A stretch of DNA of 64,000 bases from Lingula anatina (taxonomy: Eukaryota > Animalia > Brachiopoda). The translations under genes and the position numbers were made by a program. Location of the stretch: contig CM120645.1 in assembly GCA_051362555.1 (NCBI GenBank), positions 8,680,001 through 8,744,000 on the forward strand, written 5' to 3'. The notes beneath the pieces are model-generated. The model made no database searches, was not told the DNA's origin, and was given only the letters and a program-made list of their open reading frames with translations. Of this stretch, positions 41,767 through 54,855 are shown one piece after another (the stretch's first letter is position 1; each line of letters opens with the position of its first letter).

Positions 41767-44700
41767 TCATTCTGTTGTATAATCTGAAACTTCTGTGAAC
41801 ATTGCTCAACTCCAATCTTTGCATAACTCGTAAAGAATTCTATTGTCGAACAAGTAGTTCTGCTCCATTAAAGCTTTTTTCTTTATTTATTGACTCAAAT
41901 ATTAATGTAGGTTAATTTATTAAACTTTTTGGTCAGTGATAATTTTAATAAGTATGGTTGGCTTGGCACAAATCTTGAGAAGACCAGGCTTTGTAAGTCT
42001 AGCATTTATTTCTTTACTCAAAAAGCTTTGAAAAATGTTTGGAAATTGTCTATGTTATTGCAGATTTTATGTCATGTTGACCAAATTTAGGTCTCTGCCT
42101 TTTGCCATAGACAAAAATTACCACACTTCTAGTTCTTCCAACAGAAATTGTCCTCAGTTCAAGGATGGGTTTTCTTTTCATAACCCTACATTCATATGCC
42201 CATGCGCCCTTACTCTCCCCTCATCATTTTTGAATGAGGATTAAAAATATAATTACCTTTTGGTTCCCAGTATTTTCTCTAACTTTTTGTATTAGAGGAT
42301 TGTTTTATGTCACATTTGCTCAATGGGAGTAAGAATGTAGAGGAGTAATGGTGCGGCGTAGCAAGGATGACGGGTAGCATGAAGGCAGGGGAGCAACTGG
42401 GGAGGGGGGGGGGCACAAAGGGATACAGCCTCCAAGGCAATACCTGTATTGAATATATAATATTCACTTGTTGAAAGCGTCCAAATTAAGCTTCCTTTTA
42501 GAATAATATAAATTTGGACTTTAAAATTAATTTTTAGTGCAAGTTTGGACTGTCAATGGTTTCATATTGGTTAAGTGGTGACAGAACAATTGGCGATGTT
42601 AATCAGTGCAATTGTGACGAAGATCTGATTACAAAAATGACACTGAATTGAAAGATCTTCAGGCATGCCTTAAAATGGATTCCATTGTATATTATATGCA
42701 ACGGATGTTCAAATGAACTTATGATGTCATGTTATTTTTGTAGCAAGGGTGTTGAAAGATATTCAGTAGACACATTATATAGGTTAGCTTATTGCACAAA
42801 TAAGGATGGACTAGATTCTATTGCTCTTTGGCAGGACACCAGTTAGAGGCAGTATAATAACATGGTGTGTTATAAAGATGTTGAAGATATTTGCACTAGA
42901 TCGATTGTTAACAGATCAAGTGGTTTTTACAAAGTCAATTTGTATGCCGTTACCTTTTTGTTTTAATTTTGATTTATTATTATTATTATCGTTGTTGAAA
43001 CTTAAAGGCTTAAGGCCAAGCAAGCCTAAATAAGTGTAGTATTTTGTGACGTTATTTTACATGCTGTCAGCATATTCGACAGGGGTTAATATGCTGAAGG
43101 CATGACGTACAAGATTTTGCACAAACTTAGTAAAAAGGCTACATTTCTTCTATGAGAAAAAATTATGTACATTTAATTTTATATGTCAAATAAAATTCAA
43201 AAACAAAATCTAATTCAATAGGAATTTTTACTTACAGCTTATCTTGATGACACCTCCTGTTATAAAACAAACCAAGTACCAGTGTTTGCATTTCATTTCT
43301 TTTTCATATATCTCAATTTTATACTTTTTTCAGTGCTCTTGTGAAACACTGCCATCTAAGTTTCTTCTTCATAGATAATTTTGAGGAAATCAAATACAGT
43401 ACATAAATATTTCAATATGATTTTAACAATTACATTCTGGAACAAATGCAACATTGTCCTCCTCATGTATCCAGCAATTACACGACAGAATAATAAAAGG
43501 TACCACTGGAGAGTACTGGAAACCATCCTCCAGTCAAAAAGATTATGTACTTCAGACACACACATCTTCAACTGCTCTGCCGTTTTGGCACAAATAATTA
43601 ATTTCATGCCGCAGATGCAGCAAGAAAAATCCATGCCCTTTCAAATCATTTTCAAATTTGACCAGTATTGTTCTGCCTGGGTTGGTATGCCTCCAGTGTA
43701 CATCAGAGGCGTGCTAAAATAGAAGTCAGTTAACAGTAGTTTCTGAAACTGGAGGAGATAAAATTGCTTAATATTGAATTGAACCAGAGCATTCTGTTAA
43801 AAATGGGTACGCCTCTAATGAGCACTCTATGGAAAACTGCCAATGAACATGAAACTTGTGTCCCAAATCATTTTCAAAATGGGCATCAAAATAGACTTTT
43901 GAAGTTCATAACAAATTTGAGAAATCTGATAACTATAAAGAGTATAATTTCAATGACAACTTTGGAACAGGCTATTTGCATGACCACAAACATAAAAAAC
44001 AAACAAACAAAAAAATTCTCACAGATCCCATTACTTTTACTTCCTTCACTATAACAGTTATTTCTAGATTCATTTCTAACCTTTACGTTTTTGCTGAACA
44101 AACTCAAAATTTGCTGCTTTTCACTCTTGTTAATGCACCAGACAAACCTATTGTGGGATGACACATTTTACTTGGGTATAATGCCTCACTGCCCATAATC
44201 CATACTATTCAATGTCATCAACTGCCCAGACAGACCAATCTAGCTTATATGTTTTAATTAACACTAACATTTAAATACAAGTTATAGACAATCTTTTAGA
44301 TTATATTAAAAATACAAAATACTAAGAGCACAAAGTAGAATATTTCATGACTAGATTATGTAAGCACGTAAAATAAACTGCAGACAAAAATATTACTATC
44401 AAATATGTATGTTCTGCAAAACCACAAAATGGTTTGTATTGATAAAATAGCTTAAAATTAATCTTTCACCTTCCATTTGAATGGAGTGTCACAATATGTG
44501 AGAGTTCTGCATATTTAACAAAAATAAAAGCTTCTACCTCAGCATCAGGCTTTAAAACTGGGAATAAAAATATGTTAACGTTTTTATGCATGATAGTCAA
44601 GTGCAAGAATTTGTTTAGTGATGAACAGTGTCTGACCCGTGCATTTAACAATGAGTGGTAGTTTTCTGTACCGTACCCATTCAAGTGGTGCTAATTACAC

Positions 44701-45546
44701 CAACGTAATTACTTTACAGGGGTTAACTTTCACAAGCTCTTACATATCAACCAAAGTTAACCTGGTAAAGAAGCCACATGCGCGATCTCTTATGTGATGG
44801 CTACATTCAGTTATCAATCTCTCTGACTTGTATGGTACAGAAAACTTGTGCTGGCCGTGAAAAGTGTCAACTCAGTTGAGAATTTAGACTATAAAGTTAA
44901 CAGGTAAAGAGACAGTTCCTACTCAGCTAGCTCTGAGGTACAAAATGAAAAATTTGGTGCCATGCACCTTTACACAAAGTAAATGAGAAGGCAGCTACAG
45001 AAAATCATATTGCACTAATTGGTCAGCAGATATTCAGAGACCTTGTCTGGTATCGCCAGACCACCGTTAACGTAAAAAGGAAGTGGAAAGATCTCCAAGA
45101 AAAAAAAAAGCCAAAAAATACATAAAAATTAATAAAATTTATAACAAATGATACAGCACATCATCTATGTGTCTTTTAAAAAGAACTTAAACTAATGCAG
45201 GTACTCCCACCCCTCTACCTGCACCAACAGATCCCTACTGAATCCTAAAATGCATTTAATAACATCAGGTTACAAAAATTTGGTCATCCAGTTACAAAGA
45301 CATTCATCTTAAAACTGCTCTTAGCAAATTCCTTCATGAACACACCATGAACAGGAGCGGATCCAGAGATATTTTCTGACAGTCTTCAAAATTATTTTTG
45401 TTGATCCATCCTCCATTTTTGACCATCTTCTGACAGAAAAAAATAGATACCCGTCAATGTAAACTTGAAAATCTGACCGTCTTCTGGAAGACCCAGAAGA
45501 AGGCCTCAATCCGCCCCTGATGAACAGATTAACCCTGTTAACTAAA

Positions 45547-48500
45547 TTAATTCAGGAGAGCAATGAATGCACCTAAACCTCCATAGCACTCCTGGGGGAA
45601 AGAAGGTGGGCAGTGTTGTTGGGTAGATGGCATCACGGGAGCCCTAACCCCCATCTCCCCTTGTAAATGCTGCTGCTGGCCCTGATGATGATGCTGCTGC
45701 TGCTGCTGTTGTTGTTGTTGTACATGTTGTTGTTGTTGAGGAGGAGGAGGAGGAGGAGGAAGTTGCGTTGTCACATGCATAGATTGTACTATTCCCCCTG
45801 CAGACAGCACACCCTGGTCTTCCTGCGATAACGAGACAGGAGGAAACTGCAGGCCGTGGTTTGTTGCCTGAACCTGCGCATGCGTGGACCCTTGGGAAGG
45901 ATTCATGTCTGCTTGGGGTATGTACCCCTGACCCCCATCCCCAGCCACTTCACTGAGTGTATAGTTGTTATACTGTAGTATCTGACTAGGCTGCAGTTCC
46001 TGCTGCAACTTGGACGAACGTCCTTTGCGAGGCTTGTAAGGAGTTTTTGCAGTGGCATAAATTCCATGATGTTTCTCAGTATGTTCCTTGAGTTTGTCTC
46101 TTCTTGAACTGGCATAATCACACTCAACACATTTGAAAGGTTTATCCTCTAGATGGATTCGCTCATGGCGCACCAAGTGACTTTTCTCAACGAAGGCGCG
46201 GCCGCAAACTTTGCATGTGTGCTCTCTACTGGCCTGGTGAATGCGTAGATGAGCCTTTAGCTGGCTCTTTTTGGGAGTGAAGTACTTACATGTTGGGTAT
46301 GTGCATCTAAAGACATCACCTAAAATGGCAGAAATTGTTTCAATGTTATCTGAAATCTTGAGCTATTTTCAGAGTTATAGAACTTCATCATTCATTTCAA
46401 TATATCATTTTGTTATAAATAAGAATTTCGTGGAAAGGACAAGAATCAATTAATTTGATTAATTACTATAAGTTTTCAAAAGTTCAAGAATCCTATGCCT
46501 CAGAAAGACTAATCTTTAGCTCTCATGGAGTTTCAAGAGCAAAGGGAAAATGTTCATCATTGGCACATTAAAACAATTTTTGCAACCAACTAAGGACAGC
46601 CGTGAGAAGAATTGGCAACTATATCATTGTAAAAACACAAACAAAATCATTTCAAATGTGATAGATGTAAAGATGATACCCGTAAAGAATGAAAGTAACC
46701 AGTACAATGTATCTACGTAACCTATTATTATTGACTTACACTAAATAACAGCAAAGGATTTCATCAGACATATTATTCCGTCAAATTATGAGAATATTCC
46801 TTCTAACAGAACAGCAGAGTTCAGCTGTTGTCTGAAGACACTATTCTCATAACAATTGTTATTATTGTGTATTCTCTTATGTGCAATGAGAAGAGACTGA
46901 TATTTGGTTGAGATCTATTTACTACCTGTACCTGTATGTATCCTCTTATGCGCAATGAGGTGAGACTGATATTTGGTAGAGAAGCCGCAGAGATCACAGA
47001 GGTAGGGTCGGAGGTCACCATGGATCACTGTGTGTTGCTGCATGGTGTTCTTGGTGGCAAAACAACGCCCACATGTTTGGCACTGCCATGGTCGCTCACC
47101 TGGAGGAAAATGCATCATCTCTATTACGAAAAACGCAATGGGCTCTCAATCTATGAAACAAAAAGACTTAAGACTGAAAGTGTATCCTAACTTTTTGACT
47201 AAAATCTTGGCTTACTAGAATACAGAATAAATGGGAATATCCCCACTGAAACTACAAACCTTCCACTTGTCTAAGAAAGTTGAGGATAGATATTCTAAAA
47301 ATTTCCAACAAACCAAGTACAACCCATCTTTATAGACAAATAATCTTTTACTAGTTATGTAATAAATCATTTTGGACAATAACAGTGTTGTACTAAAATT
47401 TCACTAGTTAAAAAAAAAAAAAACAAGGCAGCAAAGCTGTCAAATGTACAGACAAAAAGCAGGAAATAACAAAATAGGCTACTGTCAATTCTGATGCAAA
47501 AGTACATTATGTTAAACTGCAAATTCAACATCAAATTTTAATTATGCTCAACAGGTAATACCAATGTAAGTAAAATGTGAAACAAGCATAAAGCTTCAGG
47601 CCCATGGGAGTTCAAGTTCACACTTTGAAAATGTAAAACTTCCAGAAAAAGAAGTCAATTAGACTGCTTTTCCAACTCAGGCTGCATTTCAGTCCTGTAT
47701 TTCTTTTTTGAAAGTTTGGCAATCATAAGTAACATGGTTTTCCCATAATGGTCATCATGGCAGCAGCACCCAAAATTGTGTTTTCTTCTATTCTGATGCA
47801 ATATTACATAATGGTTAACAGCATAATGACAATCAATTTTTAATAACAAAATATATGTATCATGGATTTTCAGAAAATGTGACTAGCCTGGGTCTTCAAG
47901 CCTGTGGAACTTCAAAGTCACACCTTGAAAATGCCAATATGTGAAAAATTAAATTTTCACAAAAAAAAAACTGTTTATCTGGCAGATTACATTGCCTACT
48001 GAAGCTGTATTTTAGTCCCATGTTTCTTTCCTGTAAGTTTGAGAACAGTAAGTGACATGGTTTTTCTTAAAAGGTAATCATGGGCGCAGTGCCCAAAATA
48101 GGTTTTTTTCAAATTTTGATGCAATGTTACATAATGTTTAACAGCATAATGACCATCAATTTTTACTAATAAAATATTAGTATCATGGATATTCAGAAAA
48201 TGTGACTAGCAAAGGTCTTCAGGCCCATGGAACTTCAAAGTCACAACTTGAAAATGCCAAAATGTAAACAAGACAGCACTGTTCTGAAATGTTTTTTTCC
48301 CCATTTTTAACAATTTTTAACATAAAACAAAATTAACAGTTTACTGCCATTTTTATATGATCAACTAAGAAAATTGATGACATGAGAAAAGTATCAATAG
48401 AGCAGGGTTAAATGTCCAATTTCTTCCATTCTGAGATTCTGAACATAGTGAATGATTGAATCTGACAAATTGCAATGATGAGTTTATTTCCATTTTTGAA

Positions 48501-51500
48501 ACTCTATTATACAATACATGATAACAAGTTTACCATCATTTTTACATAATCAACTAACAATGTTGTAAAGATGCAGGAAATGTCAAACAAACACTTTCAC
48601 GTATCTTATTAGTTTAATAATGAGACTGTAAACATGCCTAAAAATTGAATCTGAAGAAATGTGAAAAAACAGCATACCTTCTAAAATAATGGCACGATTA
48701 TGCTGATTTACGAACTCAACCTGCATTTTAGTAAAATTGACCACTCCTGTGACTTTCATGACAATTGGCCCATCTGTTTTTCTTATATTGTGTTTACAGT
48801 GTTGCATATAGGCTGAAAAGTGTAAAAAACAGCATAACTAGTAAAATGGTGGCCCGATCATGCCGATTTTCGAACTTGACCTGGGTTTTAGTAAGATTGA
48901 TTACTCCTGTGAGTTTCATGACAACAGGTCTATCGGTTTTCCTTGAAATGTGTTAACAGTGTTGCATATATGCTGAAAAGTGAACAAGGCAGCAAAGCTG
49001 TCAAATGTACAGACAAAAAGCAGGAAATAACTATGCACAAAATAGGCTACTGCCAATTCTGATGCAAAAGTACATAATGTTAAACTGCAAATTCAACATC
49101 AAATTTTAACAAGACAGCACTGTTCTGACATGGGTTTATTTCCATTTTTAACACTTTTTTAACATAAAACAAAATGAACAGTTTACTGCCATTTTTATAT
49201 GATCAACTAAGAAAATTAATGATATTGGAAAAATATCAATAGAACAGTGTTAAATGTCCAATTTCCTCCATTCTGAGATTCTGAACATAGTGGATGATTG
49301 AATCTGACAAACTGCAATGATATGAGTTTATTTCCATTTTTGACACTTTATTACACAATACACGATAAAAAGTTTAATCATTTTTACATAATCAACTAAC
49401 AATGTTGTAAAGATGCAGGAAATGTCAAACAAACACTTTTACGTATCTTATTAGTTTAATAATGAGACTGTTAATATGCCTAAGAATTGAATCTGAGGAA
49501 ATGTGAAAAAACAGCACACCTTCTAAAATAATGGCCCGATTATGCTGATTTTCGAACTTGACCTGCATTTTAGTAAGATTGACCACTCCTGTGAGTTTAA
49601 TGGCAATTGGCCTATCGGTTTTTCTTATATTGTGTTTACAGTGTTGCATATATGCTGAAAAATGAAAAAACAGCATAACTACTAAAATAGTGGCCCGATC
49701 ATGCCGATTTTCGAACTTGATCTGCGTTTTAGTAAGATCGATTACTTCTGTGAGTTTCATGACAACAGGCCTATCGGTTTTCCTTGAAATGTGTTAACAG
49801 TGTTGCATATATGCTGAAAAGTGAAAAAACAGCATAACTTCTACAATAATGGCTCGATCATGCTGATTTTCGAATTAGACCTGCATTTTATGAATATTCA
49901 TCAGCTCTGTAAATATACAGCCAAAAAGTAAAATTGACTTCCACTTATCGTGTTTACAATGAAAGTGCACGGCACCAGTGACAGTGACGGCGACGACAGA
50001 TGCAGGTGATGGCAATATGTACAGACACATCTGTACATATTTACTGTACTGTTTGAGAACAGTAAGTGACATGGTTTTTCTTAAATGCTCATCATGGGAG
50101 CAGTGTCCAAAACAGATTTTTTTTCAAATTTTGATGCAATATTACATAATGTTTAACAGCATAATGACCATCAATTTTTAATAATAAAATATTAGCATCA
50201 TGGATATTCAGAAAATGTGACTAGCAAAGGTCTTCAGGCCCATGGAACTTCAAAGTCACAACTTGAAAATGCCAAAATGTAAACAAGACAGCACTGTTCT
50301 GAAATGATTTTTTTTTTTTTTCATTTTTAACAATTTTTTAAACATAAAACAAAATTAACAGGTTACTGCCATTTTTATACGATCAACTAAGAAAATTGAT
50401 GAGATGGGAAAAATATCAATACAACAGTGTTAAATGTCCAATTTCCTCCATTCTGAGATTCTGAACATAGTGAATGATTGAATCTGACAAACTGCAATGA
50501 TATGAGTTTGTTTCCATTTTTGAAACTTTATTACACAATACACGATAACAAGTTTACCATCAGTTTTACATAATCAACTAATAATGTTGTAAAGATGCAG
50601 GAAATGTCAACCAAACACTTTTACATGTCTTATTAGTTAAACAATGAGACTGTTAACATGCCTAAGAATTGAATCTGAGGAAATGTGAAACAAGACAGCA
50701 CTGTTCTGACATGGGTTTATTTCCATTTTTAACTTTTTTAACATAAAACAAAATAAACAGTTTACTGCAATTTTTATATGATCAACTAAGATAATTGATG
50801 AGATGGGAAAAATATCAATACAAAAGTGTTAAATGTCCAATTTCCTCCATTCTGAGATTCTGAACATAGTGAATGATTGAATCTGACAAACTGCAATGAT
50901 ATGAGTTTATTTCCATTTTTGACACTTTATTACACAATACACAATAACAAGTTTACCATCATTTTTACATAATCAACTAACAATGTTGTAAAGATGCAGG
51001 AAATGTCAAACAAACACTTTAATGTATCTTATTAGTAAAATAATAAGACTGTTAACATGCCTAAGAATTGAATCTGAGGAAATGTGAAAAAACAGCATAA
51101 CTTCTAAAATAATGGCCCGATTATGCTGATTTTCGAACTCGACCTGCATTTTAGTAAGATTGACCACTCCTGTGAGTTTAATGGCAATTGGCCTATCGGT
51201 TTTTCTTATATTGTGTTTACAGTGTTGCACATATGCTGAAAAAAAGGAAAAAACAGCATAACTATTAAAATAGTGGCCCGATCATGCCAATTTTCGAACT
51301 TGACCTGCGTTTTAGTAAGATTGATTACTCTTGTGAGTTTCATGACAACAGGCCTAACAGTTTTCCTTAAAATGTGTTTACAGGGTTGCATATATGCTGA
51401 AAAGTGATAAAACAGCATAACTTCTACAATAATGGCCCGATCATGCTGATTTTCGAACTTGACCTGCGTTTTATGAATATTCATCAGCTCTGTAAATATA

Positions 51501-54325
51501 AAACCAAAAAATAAAACTGTGTTCCACTTATCGTGTTTACAGTGAAAGTGCACGGCGACGGCATTGCCATCGGCATCGGCATCGGCATCGGCATCGGCGA
51601 CGACGGCGACGACAGACGCAGGTGATGGCAATATGTACAGACACATCTGTGTCTGTACATAAAAAACAGCATAACTACTAAAATAGTGGCCCGATCATGC
51701 CGATTTTCGAACTTGATCTGCGTTTTAGTAAGACTGATTACTCCTGTGAGTTTCATGACAACAGGCCTATTGGTTTTCCTTGAAATGTGTTAACAGTGTT
51801 GCATATATGCTAAAAAGTGAAAAAAACAGCATAAATTCTACAATAATGGCCCGATCATGCTGATTTTCGAACTTGACCTGCGTTTTATGAATATTAGTCA
51901 GCTCTGTAAATATAAAGCCAAAAAGTAAAACTGTCTTCCACTTATGGTGTTAACGCTGAAAGTGCACGGCGACAGCGACAGCGACGGCGACATGATCGGC
52001 GACGGCGACGGCGACGACAGACGCAGGTGATGGCAATATGTACAGACACATCTGTGTCTGTACATAAAAATTGAAAGCACTGCTAGTTCGTCTTAAATGA
52101 CTGAATGCAAATGTTAATATTGAATTTTATATCAATAACACCTACTTTCACTCACCAGAGTGTATCTTAAGATGTGTCTTCAGATTGTGTTTGGACCTGA
52201 ATTTAAAGCTACAGACAGGACACTCAAATGGTCTGTCATCTGTGTGCTTCATGCGATGGTACAGCAACAGCTGCATACGGTCCGCTTTGTACTCGCAGCC
52301 TGTGAAATCACACGGGTACGGCGGGTGGCCGAAATGTTGTTTCATGTGCCGTGTGTACTCACGGATCCACTTACTTTCAAAGCCATTACAAATGTTACAG
52401 GTGTAAGTTGTGTCATCAGAGTGTGCCTTAGCAACATGTTTCTCCAGTCTGTACTCTGTACTGCAGTGATAGGCACACTCAGTACAGCTATAAGTTGCCT
52501 TCTGAACAAACTTCTGTTTCCTTTTTTTGGCGTCTCTTTTACCTTTTGGCCGTCCTCGCTTCCTCAGAGGCTTTGTCTTCTGAACATCAACATACTCATA
52601 GTCTTCATCATCATCATCATCATCATCATATTCACCATCATCAACTTCATCTTCATCTTCATCACTACTCATTGCACCAGTTTTGAAAAGATCATCATCT
52701 GCCATGAGATCCAGATCTTTTGAGATGTCCTCTTTTACCTTTGCTTCACCTGTGCTGGCAACTGTCTTTCCCTCACTCCCTGTTTTCTCATCCTCGATCC
52801 TAGCATTATTTTCAACTGTACTATTGCACTTATCACCTTGTTCACATTTGCCGAGCTTTGCTGTCTTGGCTGTATTTGGCACTTTTGCTCTCCTTTCTCT
52901 GGCTGCTCTCTTCACTACTTTTAAAGGCCTATCTGTCTTTCTCCCCCTTTTTCTTGTCTGAAGCTCCACACTATCACCATTTTGTGCCTCTCCAGCCATT
53001 TCTGTGCTACAAGATGTGTTGGAGAGGTCCCCAATTGCGCTGGTTTCCTCAGTTTTCTCACCTACCACATTCTCCAATGAATTCTCCTCCTTATCGCTCA
53101 CCATAGGATCTTGTGCCTCATCCTCCTTGTTACTACAAAGAACCTTAGCATTGGCTTCCGCCTCGGCTCTTTGCACCTGGTCCTTGAGTTGAGTGAAATA
53201 CTCCATGTAATTAGGCATGAGGAGACTGTGCTCCAAAAGGGTCAGTAAGAAGGCGTACATGCACCGCTCATCGGCCTTCAGCATCTGGTTGTTCTCCATG
53301 GTGTGAAATATCATGTTGACGTCGATGCGATCCCACTGGATCCAGGCCAGCATGCCGTACAGGTGTTTGTGGCGGCCAGGAACGTCCACTTCTGTCCACC
53401 TCATGATCAGGTCCAGCTTGACCTCTTCGGTGAGGAGGAAGTTCCGTTCTGCCAGCACCATTTCAAGCTTGGGAGGTGGGACTTGTAGGACACCTTGAAA
53501 GTTATAATTTATAACAATTACTACAGGTATATAAATTTTGTACTAGTAATCTGTGGCTTTTTTACAACACATAATGGCCAAATGATCACTTTTAATATCC
53601 CTTATTAAAACTAATTAATAAGGTTATTTATGATATGATTTTTTTTTACCAAAAGTGACACAGTTATATCACAGTTATATCAAATACATATTGCATCATG
53701 TAATTTCATTGAAAATATGCTGATGAGAAAGAACTTATCTTTAAATCACCATTATTTCTATTTTTTTTAAAATCACTTTTAACAAACTATGGCAACACAC
53801 AAGTTTCCCCCTACCTTCCTGCAGGACTACCAAGTTGACATTACTCTTAATGAAAGTCGTTGCACTCTTTTCCAGAGCAGGCATGCCACACTTCTCAGCT
53901 ACATCCTGTATCTGCAAGCAGTTAGTAATGTTCATGTATCTCTCCAGGTACTCACTGCAGTGATCCTTCAACCTCCCGATCAACAAATGATTGGCCAGCT
54001 GCACCAGTTCAAACACATTCTCTTGATCCACAACCACTTTTCCTGTGTACACGTAATCCAACAGCACTTCAAAAATGGCCTGGTTTTGACAAGGGAGAAA
54101 CACCTGTTCTTTGCTGATGGTGCTGGGCTTCAGCATGGAATCAAAATATGGGCTGCAGGCCGCCAGGACATTTCGGTGCGCCATGTATTTCTTCCCCTCA
54201 ACGTGAAGGACCACGTCGCAAAACCGTCGCGCATCCCTCTGGACCCTCATTTTGTCCAGTATGTTGCTCCCCTGATGGTTCTCTGTGAAATTCATGGCCA
54301 GGTGAGGGATTGCTTGAGTGGACAT
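45547..54325 (-). CDS. BTB-BACK domain, AT-hook and 9x C2H2 zinc finger protein, 929 aa; exons 54325-53815, 53493-52156, 47099-46932, 46319-45547
   Basis: BTB ([27 protein letters not shown]...LLDYVYTG), BACK-like region (ITNCLQI...[12 protein letters not shown]...[14 protein letters not shown]), acidic tract, RKRGRPK AT-hook, nine C2H2 fingers with TDDRPF/SGERPW/EDKPF linkers, Pro/Gln-rich tail. Three phase-1 GT-AG introns, 2790 nt total. Confidence 0.92.
47421..52071 (-). mobile_element. Tandem/nested cluster of HINE-like family B elements filling intron 2 of the BTB-ZF gene
   Basis: End motif aacaaggcagcaaagctgtcaaatgtacagaca at about 47422 and 48983. Opposite-end palindrome atgtacagacac-atct-gtgtctgtacat at about 51633 and 52038, truncated at about 50017, each preceded by a (cggcga/cggcat)n microsatellite. 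About 159-bp internal units. The block starting aacaagacagcactgttctga repeats at about 48267, 49108, 50282 and 50689. Confidence 0.8.
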
Positions 54326-54855
54326 TTCTGCTACTGCTTGCTAATCACATGAGTGTTTGATGAACTAGCAAGGGCTCAGGGAGTCATACTGCATTGTTCC
54401 GTGCAAGATGCTGGTGCATGTTGTTCATTTCCCTTAGTCATGGGGCAGACTGTAAAGTATGAAAAACACCTGTATTGTAATAAGTGGTGACTTTTCTGTC
54501 AGCAAGTACATTACGTCTAGTGCTACAGATTTTTTTCTAGTAAACATTCAACAATTTACAGGTAAGCAATATATTTCTGTTTCCGAGTTCCCGAAACGGC
54601 GATGATGCGCTAGCTGAAAGTCATGTTATTGTTATCTCTATCCGATATATTTTATGCTAAAGTACAAAGAGTACATATCAAAATAAGAATTTTCGTGCTA
54701 CCACCGTACCAGTTATTTTCTGAACTCTGTAGAGCTCAGTACACCGTGTATGAACACTAGCCATTAGTAGCAGGTGGTTAAATTAGGTTAAGTATCTACA
54801 TGTGTAATGACATTGTCCACACAATTAATTTTTGCATGATATACAAAGATTTTAC

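Noticed and set aside
48583-52080. Repeated ORFs ([10 protein letters not shown]..., ADADAD, PMPMPM)
   Set aside because: Derived from HINE-B tandem units and the hexamer microsatellite.
52160-54352. Plus-strand ORFs of up to 187 aa
   Set aside because: Antisense shadows of the BTB-ZF coding exons.
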